Assembly (NCBI GenBank): GCA_037447605.1
Contig: CM074812.1
Location: 1 to 64,000, forward strand
From: Zygnema circumcarinatum SAG 698-1b
Lineage: Eukaryota > Plantae > Zygnematophyceae
Length of the DNA: 64,000 nucleotides
Direction of reading: 5' to 3'
Shown here: positions 26,426 through 40,597 of the stretch, piece after piece
How the letters are laid out: each line of letters opens with the position of its first letter
How positions within the stretch are numbered: position 1 is the stretch's first letter
Made by a program: the position numbers and the translations under genes
The notes under the pieces: model-generated
Seen by the model: the letters and a program-made list of their open reading frames with translations, nothing else
Database searches by the model: none
Told to the model about the DNA's origin: nothing

Positions 26426-29400
26426 ATGGCCATGGCGCGGGACCGCTCGCCGCCCGTCGCCGCTGCCGCTGCCGCAGGCGCAGGCGCCCCCCCCGCGGGC
26501 ACAGCTAGGGAGCGTGACCGGGAGCGGGAGCGGGAGCGGAAGAAGCTGAGGTCGCCGGAGCGGCGGGAGCGGTCCCGGAGCCCCGGCAGGCGTAGGGACG
26601 CGGAGCGGCGCGGCCACCGCAGTCGGAGCCGCAGCAGAGAGCCGCGCGGCAGGCGCAGCCGCAGCCGGGACAAGGGCGGCGACCGCCACAAGGCCCGGCG
26701 GGACAGTCGCAGCTTGAGTCGCGAAAGGGATAGAGAGAGGGAGAGGGACGGAGACAGGGATAGAGAGCGGGACAGGGATAGGGACAGGGAACGAGAACGA
26801 GAGAAAGACAGGGGAAGGGCGAGAGAGGGAGACCGGGACAAGGAAGACGAGCGAGGGAGAGAGAGGGATGGCACTGACCATAAACGTAGGGAGAGAGACG
26901 AGGAGGATAAGGAGAAGAATAAGGGAAGAATTGCAGAGAGGGAGAGTGGCAAGGAGGACAGGAGAGGTGATAAGTTTGATACGAAAGTCGTAAAGAAGGA
27001 GGTGAAAGGAGAGGATGACGAGGAGGTCGAGGCAGAAGGGACACAGTTAAAATCCGTGAAGTCAGAAAATGGCGAGTTGAAGGTGAAGGAAGAGAGCGGC
27101 GAGGCTTCTTCGAAAAAAATTGAGGTGCGCCCGTTTAAAGTCATTCTAAAAGTCACTAATCACGACTATGATACATTTTTATACTTAATGTAAACGACTG
27201 CCGATTGAGATAACATATTTTCATAGAATTTTGTCTTCAGAGAAAGGGAAATTCATACTTATGTGTTACAAGGACGACTTTATTTGTGGGGCCTTTGAAA
27301 CAGTTAAGGTGTTGACAGTTATGGCGGTTCTTTCTCTGCTTTTAGCTCGCCCTGTTTTGCTGCAGCCATTACAGCTGTCTGACTGTTCTTAGCTTGTTCT
27401 CTTAACTGCAGCCATTGTCGTTAGAGGAGATTCTGAAGAAGAAAAAGGAGGAAGCTGCTCAGCAATCGAAGGTAATACACGGTCATACAGGAGTGCATGG
27501 GCTTTGGTCGTCGGAAGAGGTTTTTTTTTTTTTTTTTTTTTTGGCGGCTAGTTGCGAAATCGTAACTACGCATAACGTTTTTTGAATGTGCGTGCTGTTG
27601 TATGAGGCAGGTTGACCTTGTTTGCTTCCCTCTCATCGGCCCACTTATCAACTAAATGTCAAGTTGTCGTACAACTTGAGCAAGTTATTTGTCTCGATCA
27701 TTGGCCGGTTGTGTTTCTAAGCTCTTGCCTGATGCTATCAATTTCTGCTTCGGCAGACAGAACAATCGTATGAAGCTTCATAACCATAACTCTTGAACCT
27801 GAATCGCTTTATGTGTTAATTGCAGCCTGTTTTCTTGACGAGGCCGCAACGAGAAGCCCTTGCATTGGAGAAGAGAAAGCAGGAAGTTGCCGAGCAGCGC
27901 CAAAGGTATGTGCATGATTATCTTGTAATGTGCTTGGCAAAAGCATTAACGCGGATCTCTGAGCATTGTCGCGCTCATCCCATTGCCTTCTTTTATATCC
28001 AGGAGGAGACACTTAAATCAAGCACACTGATACACAAGCATGTAGCTGGGCAAGGGCTTACGGCCTGCCTTCCTGATTTGTGGCGGTTCGTACCATTGGT
28101 GTAGCAGTTAACAATCTCGTTAGTTATCAGTCTTGCTTTGAGCCATAAAGAAACCAGCTTTTGTGGTTGACAGGGGTGTTTTTAGATTAAGTTATTTGAT
28201 TATACTGCTGTAACTATTGGCACTGTAAGGATGATGAATGAACAGACAAAACCTTGCTGTTTCTTCTAACCAATATGTTATGCTATCTTTGTGCGGATAA
28301 AGACATGCATGTAAAGATGTTTGATTACCACCATTATGGATTTTTATGAGATATTGCTTAATGTTTTGAGAAATTCACCTGACTTTACCTGGTCGTGCAT
28401 CAGGCTGGACGAGCAACGGAAAATTTTTCTTGATGCGCAGAATGGCCATAAGGACGATGGTAAGCTTCAGTGAGCCTATACTGCAGCTGCGTGTTGCTTG
28501 GCGTAACTTTCTGCTTCTTTTTATGTGTTCTTAGCTGTTCTCAAGACCGTAGCATATTCTATCGTTCTCGTTACTAAAGCATACAGAATGTTCTGGCAAA
28601 AACATGGTTTTTATCCATTGGTTTGCAGAAAAGGATCGCGAGAAAGAGAGAGATAGAGAGCGAGTGCGGGAACGGGAACGAGAGCGGGAACCTGAACGAG
28701 AACGGGAACGGGAAAGAGATAGGGAAAGGGAAAGGGATCGAGAGAGGCGGGAGAGGGAGCGCGATCGCGATCGGGACCGTGATCGCGGTCGGGAACCTCA
28801 AGACCAGAAGCAGCGCGTGGACAAGCTCGCAGAAAGAGATAGGGAAAAGGAGCTGGAAGCAATCAAAGAACAGGCAAGTTGCAATGTTAAAAGTTAAAAG
28901 GAAACGAAGTTATCCTTTTTATGCTCTGCCGGAAAGGAGAAGGAGACTCAAATTCTGGCCTATCTGGGTGCATAGGGTGCTCAAAGTCTCAAGACTGTGG
29001 TTGGTTTTCTGTGCAGTATTTGGGCCTCAAGAAGCCCAAAAAACGAGTTGTGAAGCCTAGCGAGAAATTTCGATTTTCGTTCGATTGGGAAAATTCTGAG
29101 GACACATCCCGTGACATGAATCCAATGTGAGTGATGCGTACAGATGGTTTATCTTAATCAAGCAAGCGCCGCCATTGTCGCGATTATTGAAAACGAATAC
29201 CTTTTTGTTCCAAGTTGTTTTTCGGTCGCTTAGGAGAAATATATCAATATTGAATTAACTCCACAGACGAAAAGGGAAAGGCCTGTACCAATGCGTTTCT
29301 TTATCTTGTGCTCGTTAGAATCCTCCTTTTTCTTGTCCAATGCAAGGCTGTCACTGTAATGGGACACGCTTTCGATGCAGATAAAGTGTGAACGATGTTT

Positions 29401-32400
29401 TGTGGGCACTTTTGGCGTTCATCTCATCCGGTTTGAGTGTAGGAACTTTTTTGTGGTGGCAGATTGCTTGCTTTTCAGGAACTCGCAGCCATACGGCACA
29501 AGCAATGGTGGAAGGTGCTTGGATCATTGTGGCTTTTAACGTATGAAGGAGAGTTCCACATGCTATTATTGCTCAGGAGGTGGTGTGATATGGATGATGA
29601 CAAAACTTGTTATGCTTTTATTCAGGCAGGGTACCTTCAGCTCATGAACTCCTCTCTTCCGCTGTACTATGCCCTTCTGTTGGGTTGCAGCTATCAAAAC
29701 CCGCACGAGGCACAACTGCTATTTGGACGAGGCTTTCGAGCAGGAGTTGATCGGAGGGAGCAAAAGAAGGTAACGCTCTGCAGCAGTACTTCTTCTTGCA
29801 TAGCATCATGAACTAAATATCAGTACTTTTTAATTTTGGTTGTCGACTTCTGGATATAGTGTTACGTTACATGTATGTCTTTTCATATGCAATAGAAAAC
29901 GTACTTTAGCACTGTCCTTTGAAGGGTACGGAAAGAATCCGGGGGAAATCATTTTTTATCAGCTTGAAACGAACAATAACAGTTTTTTGTTTGCTTGTAC
30001 CATGGCTGGTCAATGTGTGCAGCTGGCAGTTAAAAATGAATCGGATCTGCGAGCTCAAATTCGGGTAATGCCCGACTTGCTCGATTCACCTTTCGTAACT
30101 GCTGCTGCTGCTGCGAGTTGATGCTCGTCAGGAAAACCTTTCCTTAATCTGAACATTCTTCCTTCGCCCCATTCGTGCATGCTTTGCGGGCGGTGTTCTT
30201 GTTTCAGGCAAAGGACGGGATTGAGGAAAGCCGCGAGGAGGCGGTGGCGCAACGGGAGAAGGAGGCAGCTGCTAACGTTTATGACACATTTGACATGAGG
30301 GTGGACCGCCATTGGTCTGAGAAGAAGGTGGGACTCTCCAAAGGCACTTTTTGCAGGGGCAGTTCGTCGGGATTTGACGTGTGCTTGTGTCCGAGAGACC
30401 GAGCGTCTAGGACTCTTTCATTGCACTCCCAATTTGCATATCTGCCGGAACTTGAACATTGGCTTGTGCGGATTGTGCAGCTGGAGGAGATGACAGAACG
30501 CGACTGGCGTATTTTCAGGGAAGATTTCAACATTTCATACAAGGTTTGCATTCTCAACTCAATTTGATGGAAAGTAAGGTCAGACGTCGAGGGAGGAAAG
30601 CAAAGGCAAGGAAGGAATGTGGAGGAAAGGAACAGATGCAATGATGGAGGCGGGACAAGAAGGATGGATGTCGGAAGCAGGGAGGGAGGAACACATTGCA
30701 GGAAGGGAAGTTGGAGGAGCGGTTGCTAAACCTTCGGGCAAGATGTTGCTCGTGCTGTGGGGGTTCAGGGCGCACGCATTCCGCGGCCCTTCCGGAACTG
30801 GGAAGAGTCGGGCCTCTCGCAGGAGCTGCGAAAGGCGGTGGAGAAGGTCGGCTACTTGAAGCCGTCTCCAATCCAGATGGCGGCGATTCCCCTCGGGCTG
30901 CAGCAGCGAGATGTCATCGGCATCGCAGAGACAGGTAATTTAACGTCTCTTTGGGTTTTCACCGTCTTTATCCGAGAATTAAGGTAAGACCGCGTTCTTC
31001 TTATTCATTCGCTATTATTCTGGCGGGTTCTGAATTTCTTGTCGAATGAAAATTTGGGTGACTGACCGTAGAGGAGACGCAATACAGCCCTCGCCATTTC
31101 CTTCCATCCCCACCATTGGCTCTATGTTCTTTTGGACTCTCGTGCTGGACCAAACCAGCACTTTCCTGGGTCATGCTTGTGAAACGATACGAACTTTTGA
31201 CTGTAAGCTGAAGGTGGTTTGAATGTGCACTCGTTGAATCTTGTTGTCATTGTGGGTTGAATATTTATAGTGACAGGGTTCGTGTCCTCTAATGTAAATG
31301 TGACAGGTTCTGGAAAAACCTGTGCTTTCGTTCTTCCTATGCTCACCTACATCTCTAGATTGGCGCCGATGACAGAGGAGAATGAAGCTGAAGGCATGTT
31401 CCAAAGACCTTCTTCCTTATTTCATTGCCCTGCTGCCGTTTCTTTGCACTTATTGTAAGCCTGTGTAAGCCTGAGGAAATCACCCGCCCGTGGCACCATC
31501 ACTATGATACGATGTGCACCCAATGTGTTGCGAAGGTCCGCGTTGTCGTGACTGCTAGCAAGGGCATTGTGGTTGGCTTCTGGGGTCTCGCCAACAGTTT
31601 TGGGGGATTTGGAAGGATGCACAGTGAATAGTTTTTAATCTCGAGACACTACTCTTTTTACTTTTTATCTGCAGAATTGATCAGGAATGTTCCACTACTT
31701 ATTTCTGGCCTTAGTTGGCATGCCACGAAGCTACTTGTGTCAGATGTCGAAGTAGAGTTGACTAATTTGGAGAAGGGAACTGAGGGCATTCATGCAGGCC
31801 CATATGCGGTGGTAATGGCTCCAACTCGTGAACTCGCCCAACAGATCGAGGAAGAAACTGTCAAGTTTGCTCATTTTCTGGTCAGTTTGCCGACCCTTTG
31901 TGAAGTAGATGATGCAGTGGTCCCGTGCTCTTTTAGGGGCGAGGGTTTACGCCAAACTGTCGCCACAGTCGGCGATGGATGGTCGGAGCTTTGAGTTTCA
32001 TCGTCCCGGTAACTGTTCATTGCGATTCCAGATTTTCATATGGCGGTGGATGTAGCCAGCACAGAACGAGGAGGGTAAACAATCAGAACTGCAACCTCTG
32101 CCCTCGCTCAGACTCAGGTGACCTCCTTTGGATGGCCACTGCCGGCTCGCTTCGCCCCAGTGAACCACTGTCTTTCACAGCGAATCGACGTTCAGAGATT
32201 TAGCTAAGGACAGTTGCCGTCTTACCGTGGGGATTCTTTCTCAGAATATAGATTTATAGACTGGGTCAGGCCGATTCAGCACAAAATCTCAACGGGCCTG
32301 AAGGGCTTCTTTTTCCATGTTATCCCTCCAGCTCAACAATGTCATTGAAACCTTTGGGTTAGAGCCCAAACATGGATCTGCGAGGTTTGTCACGGTTTTC

Positions 32401-35364
32401 GGTGTAGCACCCAGGAAGGAAACTCTTTGGGGGAGCCGCTGACTTTCAAGTGTTATTTCATGGATGGTGCCTTTCATGCAGGACCTTCGGGTAGTCTCCA
32501 TAGTTGGAGGGCAGTCAATTGAAGAACAGGGTTTCAAGTTACGCCAGGTATTGAGACTTAGACTGGATGCTTAAACTATATTTTTTGAGTTGTGTGTGTC
32601 TGATATTTGCAGTGTTTTTTCGTTTCACTGCTTTGAAAGCACGGATTGTGCTACAGCAGCTATTGCCTGGAAAAAGCAAGGAAACCATTGAGGACATTCA
32701 GTGCTGGTGTTGAGTTTCAGGGGATGCTGATGTATCTCCTTGCCAATTTCTGCTGTTTAGGAAAGTCATGACTGACGGTGGTCCTAGGTGAAGCATTATG
32801 AACGTCTCCTCTTGGTGATGTAGGTACAATTTGGTTGGGCTGCTTGCAGGGATGCGAGATTGTGATTGCGACTCCTGGTCGTCTTCTCGATTGTCTAGAA
32901 CGAAGGTGCGCCCATTCTTTGAGGCTAGTTGCAGTGGGGGAAAGGCGACTTAGGGTTCCTGGTGAGGGGGCTCATGGCTGTTTCAAACTGGAATTGGAGT
33001 GGAAGAAGCTTCTGAACAGATGATTTCTTTTTGGGGAAAAGATCAGGGCAAGGCGTGAGTGTTAGTCCTGTCATTACAGTTGATTTGTAACCATGGATGC
33101 CATGGGGGGGCCCTGTTGCTCGTGGAATTTCTCTCCGTGGTCATTGGTAGAGATTTGCGACAGCTTACCATTGAGAGGACACTATGTGTACATATTATTC
33201 ACAAGAGCACTGATCCTAGTTTTTGAGGGGTGCAGATATGCGGTACTGAATCAGTGCAATTACGTAGTGTTGGATGAGGCTGATCGTATGATCGATATGG
33301 GTTTCGAGCCACAGGTATGTTTGCTTTTGCTCGCTTGAAGCTTCTCCTCTACTCCGAGTGACAGCGGACAATCTTGTGATTGGCCGTCGGCCACCTGTGG
33401 ACAGAAATTCAATACATCACTGTGTAATTGGTTGCCATTGCAGGTGACGGGAGTGTTAGAGGCAATGCCATCAAGCAATCTGAAGCCAGAAAACGAGGAC
33501 GAAGAACTGGATGAGAAGAAAATTTACCGAACGACTTATATGTTCAGCGCCACTATGCCACCGTCCGTGGAGAGACTGGCCCGCAAGTTTCTCCGCAATC
33601 CTGTTGTGGTATGCTGCGAATCGTGCCTGCCTGCCTCCCCTCCGGAGATGATGGGCAATTTGCGCTGCAAACGCTTCTGCATTCTGCGGCTGCATGTGAC
33701 ACGTTGCGTTGTTGCCGCAGGTGACGATTGGTACGGCCGGCAAGGCGACGGACCTCATCACCCAGAGTGTGTATATGGTGAAAGAAACAGAGAAGCTGGA
33801 TCGGTACGCTTCTTCTGCCCTTGCTTTGCCATGCCGGGCAAAATAGCCTCTCAAGAGTTCTGATGCTTGTATGACGAAAGATAATCTCCCGAATGCGGTC
33901 AAACGCTGAGGGTATCAAGTGGATGTGAATCTCAACACTTTTGTTCTCTGTGGCAGGGTTAGTCGTATCCTGCAAGACCTTGGGGACAAGACGGCCATTG
34001 TGTTCGTAAATACGAAGAAGTCAGCAGACGGGCTGTCGCGGCAGCTCACCAAGGGGGGGTTCAAAGTCACCACGCTCCATGGCGGCAAGACGCAGGAGCA
34101 GCGAGAGGTCTGAAGCTCCTCTTGCCATCGCTGCTGTAGGAAGGTTGATGGAGCCTTGTGTTCGTTTCTGTGTCTATCCCCTTTTAGCGGTGCTGTTGGT
34201 TTATCTCGGAGGTAAGTTTGGGCCATGCAGGTGAGTCTGGAGGGCTTTCGCAACCGACAGTTCAACGTTCTTGTCGCAACAGATGTGGCAGGACGTGGTA
34301 TTGATATTCCGGTCAGTCATCTCCCTCTCATTCTCGCTATCATAATGGTACTATGAGCGAATGGAAGGACTCACCTAAATCCGCTGCAGCCACTAGAGCT
34401 CTTGGGGAGCAGTGGGTGAAAACGCAATTTGGAGGCGTGGTTGCAGGATGTGGCATACGTGATCAACTACGACATGCCGGGCAACATTGAGATGTATACG
34501 CATCGCATAGGTGAAAATCCCCCCCTTGTTTTTTACCAGTTCCTCGTTCTTCCTCAGCTTAGGCTTGCATATCCCGAAAAGGTTACACATCAACATTGTT
34601 TTAGATCCTTAATTGAAGAGCAGTTGCCGAACTTGGTAAGCGTGCTTCTGTGGTGGATGAACAATAGTGCATCTCCCAGTGCTTGAAAGGGTGAAAGGGC
34701 TGTGACTGCAGGTCGTACTGGCCGTGCTGGCAAGACGGGGGTTGCAACCACCTTCCTGACGATGTATGATTCGGAGATCTTCTATGATTTGAAACAGGTT
34801 TGTCATCTAGCCAGCTCATACTCCTGCCTAAGTGATGTGTTTGGATTACTAGTAGATATGCTGCGGGCAGGGCGTACAAGTGGGCTTCGTACATTGGAGG
34901 TTTAAGTGCGGCCATGTGGTTGGAGCAGATGCTCATTCAAAGCAACAGCAGCGTCCCGCCAGAGCTCGCCAGACACGAAGCCTCCAAGTTCAAGCCAGGT
35001 ATGAAGCATTGTGCACGACTTAAACACGGCGGTTGAGCAAGACTGTTGGAATCTGCACGTGTTTGTAAGGCTGACCCTCAATGTGATTTGCTTGCCATCT
35101 GGCTTGGCCACCCACCACATGTCCATTTTTGCATGCTTTGGAGCTATTGCATGCTTCGGATTTATTTGGAAGTATACTCTGGTTGATTGGAGTGGGGGAG
35201 TGGAGTGGTACTTGTTATCGTCTCAGGTCGAGTTCGGGCCTATTAAGCAGCGCTGCTGTTTTCTTGATTCACCTGCAACATCTCTTGGCGACTTTGATGC
35301 TTTGCATGCAGGCACCATTCCTGATCGACCGGCTCGCAGAAATGAGCAGCTCTTCACGCACTGA
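26426..35364 (+). CDS. PRP28: U5 snRNP DEAD-box helicase PRP28/DDX23 (plant RH21); ~22 exons; long RS/RE/RD N-terminus
   Basis: [187 protein letters not shown]; ends ...EQLFTH*. Confidence 0.97.
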
Positions 35365-36510
35365 CGCCATGAATACTGTTCAGAGGCTGGGATTTCGCTT
35401 GCATCACAAGTAACTGCAGTCTCATGCTGGAAGTGGTTTCTTTTAGAGAGGATCTGGAGGTTTGAAACTTCTCTGACCCGTGTGGCGCCAACGGGCCGCA
35501 GTTTGAAGCAGATGACCCGCCAATCCAATTCTGTGTGCTCATGAACCGTGTAGCAAACGAGCGGGACAGGGCTTGAACCCTTGCTAACGTAAGCCAACTT
35601 TACGAGTTTCTTTTGAATTTACTTCGTGCGGTGGGACTCCTGCACAAAACTGGATTTTGTTTGTCCCGATTTTTGGGGTCATGTTTTGCCCAATGTTGCA
35701 CGGATCGAGTCGAATGTGTACAAGTACAACTGAGCCGAGCTGGAGCCAGTGCGGACGTGATGCAAGCGGAATTTGGCTGAGCCCGGGGCGAGTAGAGCCG
35801 AGCTGGCCGGGAGCTGAGGGAATGAATTTCGGCCGCCTTCAACCGACTTGTTCTGTGGTCGGTGGGCGACCGTGGGCGGGCGAGCTCGTGTCTGAAGGCT
35901 TATAGGTAGTAGCACGACGCCCCCAAAATAGAGGGTTTCAGACCTCACTTTGTCGTGGTTTGAAATTTTGCGGATGTGAACCCGGAAATTTTGTTAATTT
36001 GTAAATTTAAAATTATTGGAAGCACGCTGTTGACCTAGCATTGCAGTACAGCAACATACGTAGAAGATTACGAAGGAGGATGAGGCGGGAGGCAGCATCC
36101 GACAGAGGGCTCCTTCCAAGCTGCCCAGCTGGGTTATGCAGACCGATTAAGCCTGCCCTTGCCAGCCTAAGCTTGGCTCCCTCGGTCGACACAGCGCTGC
36201 TGGCAAGCACGGCCCATCCCAATGAGGCACTGTGGATCCGCTGCTGCTTTGCTCACTTGGCATTCTGTTTTCCTGGAGGGGTTTCGAGCAGAGACAATTT
36301 AAGCTAATTTTCATCCTATATATTCCAAAAAAAGTCTCGTCAGTAAACTCCGGAGTGAATGGCACCCCCGAATAAATGGCCTAAACTCGCTGGTGCTTAT
36401 GGCGTCTACGTACATAGCGCGCCTCTGGTTTGCAGTGCGATTTACAGCTAGAACAAAATCAGAGAAGTTGCCTCGGGAATATGCCTCCGGTGACTGAAGG
36501 CTGTGAAGCT

Positions 36511-39500
36511 TCACATCAATATTCGAAGCAGCCCCAAGCCCACAGCACTGACAGAAACAAGTGTTCCTGCGCAACAACAGCAGAGCACAGACCTCAGTAA
36601 GCAGAGAGCAAAGATGCAAAGTTCATTCACGAAAGCGCCTCAGCTCTTACCACCAAAGATGCGATTCCTACATACACAAAGCCAATTGAAGGATGCCTCT
36701 TGAACTTCGTGCAGTCAAAAAGCTACTGCACTATCATCATGACCACATACTGTACTGTACACTACCTGGAGTGGAGAATGGAAACGCTTTAGTACGGAAC
36801 ATGCTTTACATCCCCTAAGCATCGAAACATAACTGGCCACCAAAACCCAACATTCGTCCCTCCAGGTATACACCTCAAATAGAGTACTCACCAACACAGT
36901 ACTTGATCACATCAAACTTGGCAGCCTCCATTTCTGTTTTAAGCGTGTTAATATCCTGTACAGACAGCCAGAGTTCAATTCTAACCATGTCAGATGGGGT
37001 TCTTGAATCTCAGAGCAAGTTCAACAAACCAGACGCGAAATGTGAAAAGGTACCATAATAGGGAAACAATCTTCGTGACATTTACCTAAATAAGAATCAC
37101 CAAAGGACACCCAAGCATTCCTGATAAAGTTCCTACGTGTAAGTGTACGTCCTCATATAAAAATACACGAATCTGTGGATCAAGTTGGAGGTGGACATAC
37201 TCTGTCAAACTTATTGGAAAGGTTTGACGTCTCTTGGCCTTGATTTTGGAGCTCCTCTCGCATCCGCCTGCATAAGTTGAATAAACAGAGCTAGATAAAG
37301 ACAAAGCCTTCTTGCCTCTTCCTTTCTTGCCTTTCCTCCAGGATCATTTCTCTTTCCCGTCAAATGCGAGAGTCTCCCTCTGCGTCTATTTAAACCCAAC
37401 TTGACTGATAAGCCATCCACAACTTTGATTACTCTACAATGAAAGTACTGCTGCAAGCTTGAAAATGGGTCACTCACCCCTTTTCTAAATTCAAATCCAG
37501 CCTTTGACCTGCAGTCACCTTGTCCATCTCATACCTGCAATCAGCTGCAAAGATATCAGCAAGAGTTAAGGTGATCATCAGGCGTATCACTTCCTGATAA
37601 GATCTTATCTACACAGGCAAGACCATCACTAAAGACGAGAGAGGACCGCTAATTGGAGCATTACATGATATAAAGTAAAATGAAAGGAAAAGCGGGAGTG
37701 GAAGCAACAGAAAAGGGAAGTTGGCTAAATCGATTGGATGGCACTTCGAGCACAACAGTAATTCAGTCATACTTTGAACAACACTCTTGATCGGTAGTGC
37801 CAAATGCATTTCTTCTTGTGATTGGTTCTAAGGACTGCAATATACTTCAGCTCACTCCGAATCTTCTCGATTTCCGTTTTCAACCGCTCCATTTCCCGTC
37901 GCAAACTGTCATGGTTTTGCTCCTGCAAACAGCTGCACCATCCAGGTTAGCAAAAAAACAGAACGAGTCAACATAGCATGATGAGCACTATAAAACTGTA
38001 GGACGGCAGAGCTATACCCTCTAATCTATGGGCATGCTTCGCAATGATGCATTGGGAAATAAATTACAATGCTGGGAAATGAGACGTGAGCCCACATTAC
38101 CCGTCCAAAAGCCATGCCAGCAGACAGTAGGAGACATAAGAGTGTGCAGAATAATTCGGCACCGTACCTGAAGGCTCTTCATGTCATTCTTGAACCTCGA
38201 AAACTCCGTTTCTGCCTTCATTACTGTCTGGCATCAAAACAGCCAAGCAACTGCAGGACTATCGTGACATGTAACTTTCCCGTAGTTTTCAAGGAGAGGA
38301 GAGGGGGGAGCGGGTGGAGCGGGGGCAGCGGCGGAAGGGGAAAGGGGAGGGGGGAAAGGCGGGGAAAGGGGGGGGGGGAAGGGGGGGAGGGATGGGGGGG
38401 AGAAAGAGGAGAGGGGGGAGACGGAGGAACGGGGGGCGAGTGGGGGGAAGAGGAGGGGGGAGAGCCGAGGGAGGTGGTAAAGGGGGGAGTGGGGCAGGTG
38501 GGGAGGGGTGGAGGGTGGGACGGGAGAGAGGGGGGCGGGGGTGGAGGAGGAAAGGGTGGGGAGGTGGGGGAGTGGGTGGGGGGGGGACGTGGGGAGGGGC
38601 AGGAGAAGAGAGAAAGAGAATGGAGGCGTGATTTGATATGAACGTGGAAAGGATGAGAGTGGAGGTTCAGGATCGCGCATTCGTCCCGCCCTCCCCCCCT
38701 CCTCCGCCCCCTTCCCCTTCCCTTTTGAAGAGAACAATTCATATCAATGACGAGGTCAAGCAATTATTGTTGGAACTGCCATTTAATGATACACATGCAA
38801 TAGTTGAAAAGTACTGCGAACACCAATCACTCACCATTTGCATTTCTTGTTTCGAAACAAAGTTTTGAGCGAGGTCATCCATGGTCTCATTCATGATCTG
38901 TGCGATAAGATCTGTAATTCCTTCAGCTTGTTGTGCTGACAAACCTTGTGCTTCCAACTTTCGTACCTGAAAAGCAAAAAGTCAAGGGAGTGACCAACTA
39001 CCAAACCTTATCCTCCATATCAAGAACAAAAACAATGGGGCGTGTGCGATTCCTGGACATAAAGTAAAGAGGCCCTGAACCGCTCAAAAGGAGTTTGACA
39101 TGACTGAGAGAGACCTACCAGGGCCAGCGTATCTATCAGAAATTTTCTCTTCCCATTGGTATACGGGGCCAGCGAAAGACTTCTGCGATGATAGCCTCTA
39201 CTAGTCTCCGACCATTGAGAGGTAGACCACTGCCCCGACTTGATTGAGCAAGACGCAGAGGGTGCTATTCGAAACTGCAAACACAGAAAAGAAATGGCAA
39301 ACCCGGAGAGAAGAACTGAAAACTGGCAATAAAGAGTGAAAAATGAAATAAGAAGAGGTCAAAACTAGTTGAAACCTCAAAAAAAAGCTCCAGGAACATC
39401 TGTTTGCAAGATAATCCTTTCCTTGCATGACTTAACATGTAGCAACATCATATATACAATTACGTCATTCTAAATTCGAATAGGTGAATGACAGCCGATG

Positions 39501-40194
39501 AATGCAGCTGCTTTAACTCATAAAATAACCCTAAATCGCTAGGGGAAATAAACTTCCGCATTTCCCGTCGTGGCTGCAACAAACGCTTCAAAACAGCAAC
39601 ATCTCAGAAGAAAGTATCTTCGTGATTACCAATTGCTGATATTGAGTACTTCGACTTCTTAGATGTCCTTTGCGTTCACAAATGCCAGAAAAGTGGCCTT
39701 CTCTTGATGCTTGAGGAGCAGGATAGGATGACGCTGTAATTGCCGGGCAGAAAGGACGACGGGTAAGCATATGCAGCAACCAGGAAGATCGCGAGATCCA
39801 CTTCAAACGAAGGAGCGAGGAGCACACTTCTGACTGAGACGCTCGGCATGGGACAGGAAAAGCGGGGGAAGTACCGCATATTGTTTGAGAAGTCTCGAGT
39901 GATCTGGAGTTGACGATTACTCTGGTCTGGAGTTGACGATTACTTGCATGTCACACCATATCAGACGTTTTCACGAACCCTTGCTACAGTATATGGGTGG
40001 ACGCAATTGGAAAGATAAATCGCACCTGGAGCACAAACGTCGACGTTCTGCAGAGCGAGCCTTCCGCCTCCGACACCGAGCAGCCTTTCTTCTGGTCGAG
40101 GCAGCGAGCTTGAGCTTGACGGCAGCCTGCCGTAGCAAGTCTTGAGAAGCGCGCGAGAGTTCTCCAGAGCGAGTCCAGCGGCTTTCCTGGCCAT
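36511..40194 (-). CDS. DUF1640 protein (CCDC90/MCUR1/FMP32-like), mitochondrial coiled coil with C-terminal TM; ~10 exons
   Basis: GKRKFLIDTLALVRKLEAQG...QAEGIT, FVSKQEMQ, LRREMERLKTEIEKIRSELKYEIDKVTAGQRLDLNLEKGRMREEL, MEAAKFDVIKYCVGTLVSVSAVGLGLLRILM*. The N-terminus resembles a transit peptide (MARKAAGLALENSR). Confidence 0.93.
38290..38630. repeat. G/A-rich tract (C/T-rich on the sense strand) in a DUF1640 intron
   Basis: Dense G-runs (ggggggg, ggagggg) over ~340 bp. Confidence 0.9.
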
Positions 40195-40597
40195 GGGAGC
40201 GAGGTGGCGAAGGGAGGCGGGCGCAAGCGGTGCAATGCGCAGGCGGCAGGGGCCGAGGCGCTAGCGGCGGCAGCAGCAGCGGCAGGCTCCGGGCGGGGGT
40301 CGAGGGGCCATAGCCATCAACACAGCCACAGCCATAGCCATAGCGCGACTGCACCTGCACCTGCACCTGCACCTGCACCTGCACCTGCACGTCCGCCATA
40401 TGGCGTATCGTATTGTATGTATCGTATCTCATATATCGTATCGTATCGTGCTGAGGGCCGCGAGTACATTAGCTCTCGTGGGTGAGGTCAGAAAGTTTGT
40501 GGTGACGTCAGCAGGTTGCCAACCCAACCCGCTGACGAGTCTGCCTGCCTGCCTGTCTGCCTGCCTGCGGGGCGGGGCAGGGCGGGGCAGGGCAGCC

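Noticed and set aside
26426-28873. Extensive RD/RE/RS dipeptide runs in PRP28
   Set aside because: An expected feature of the DDX23/PRP28 N-terminus; not novel.
35555-35600. tRNA/SINE-like B-box (GGTTCAAGCCC on the minus strand)
   Set aside because: No properly spaced A-box or cloverleaf could be built.
39903-39943. 23-bp-period tandem duplication (tctggagttgacgattac x2)
   Set aside because: Two copies only, intronic; ordinary slippage, not CRISPR-like.
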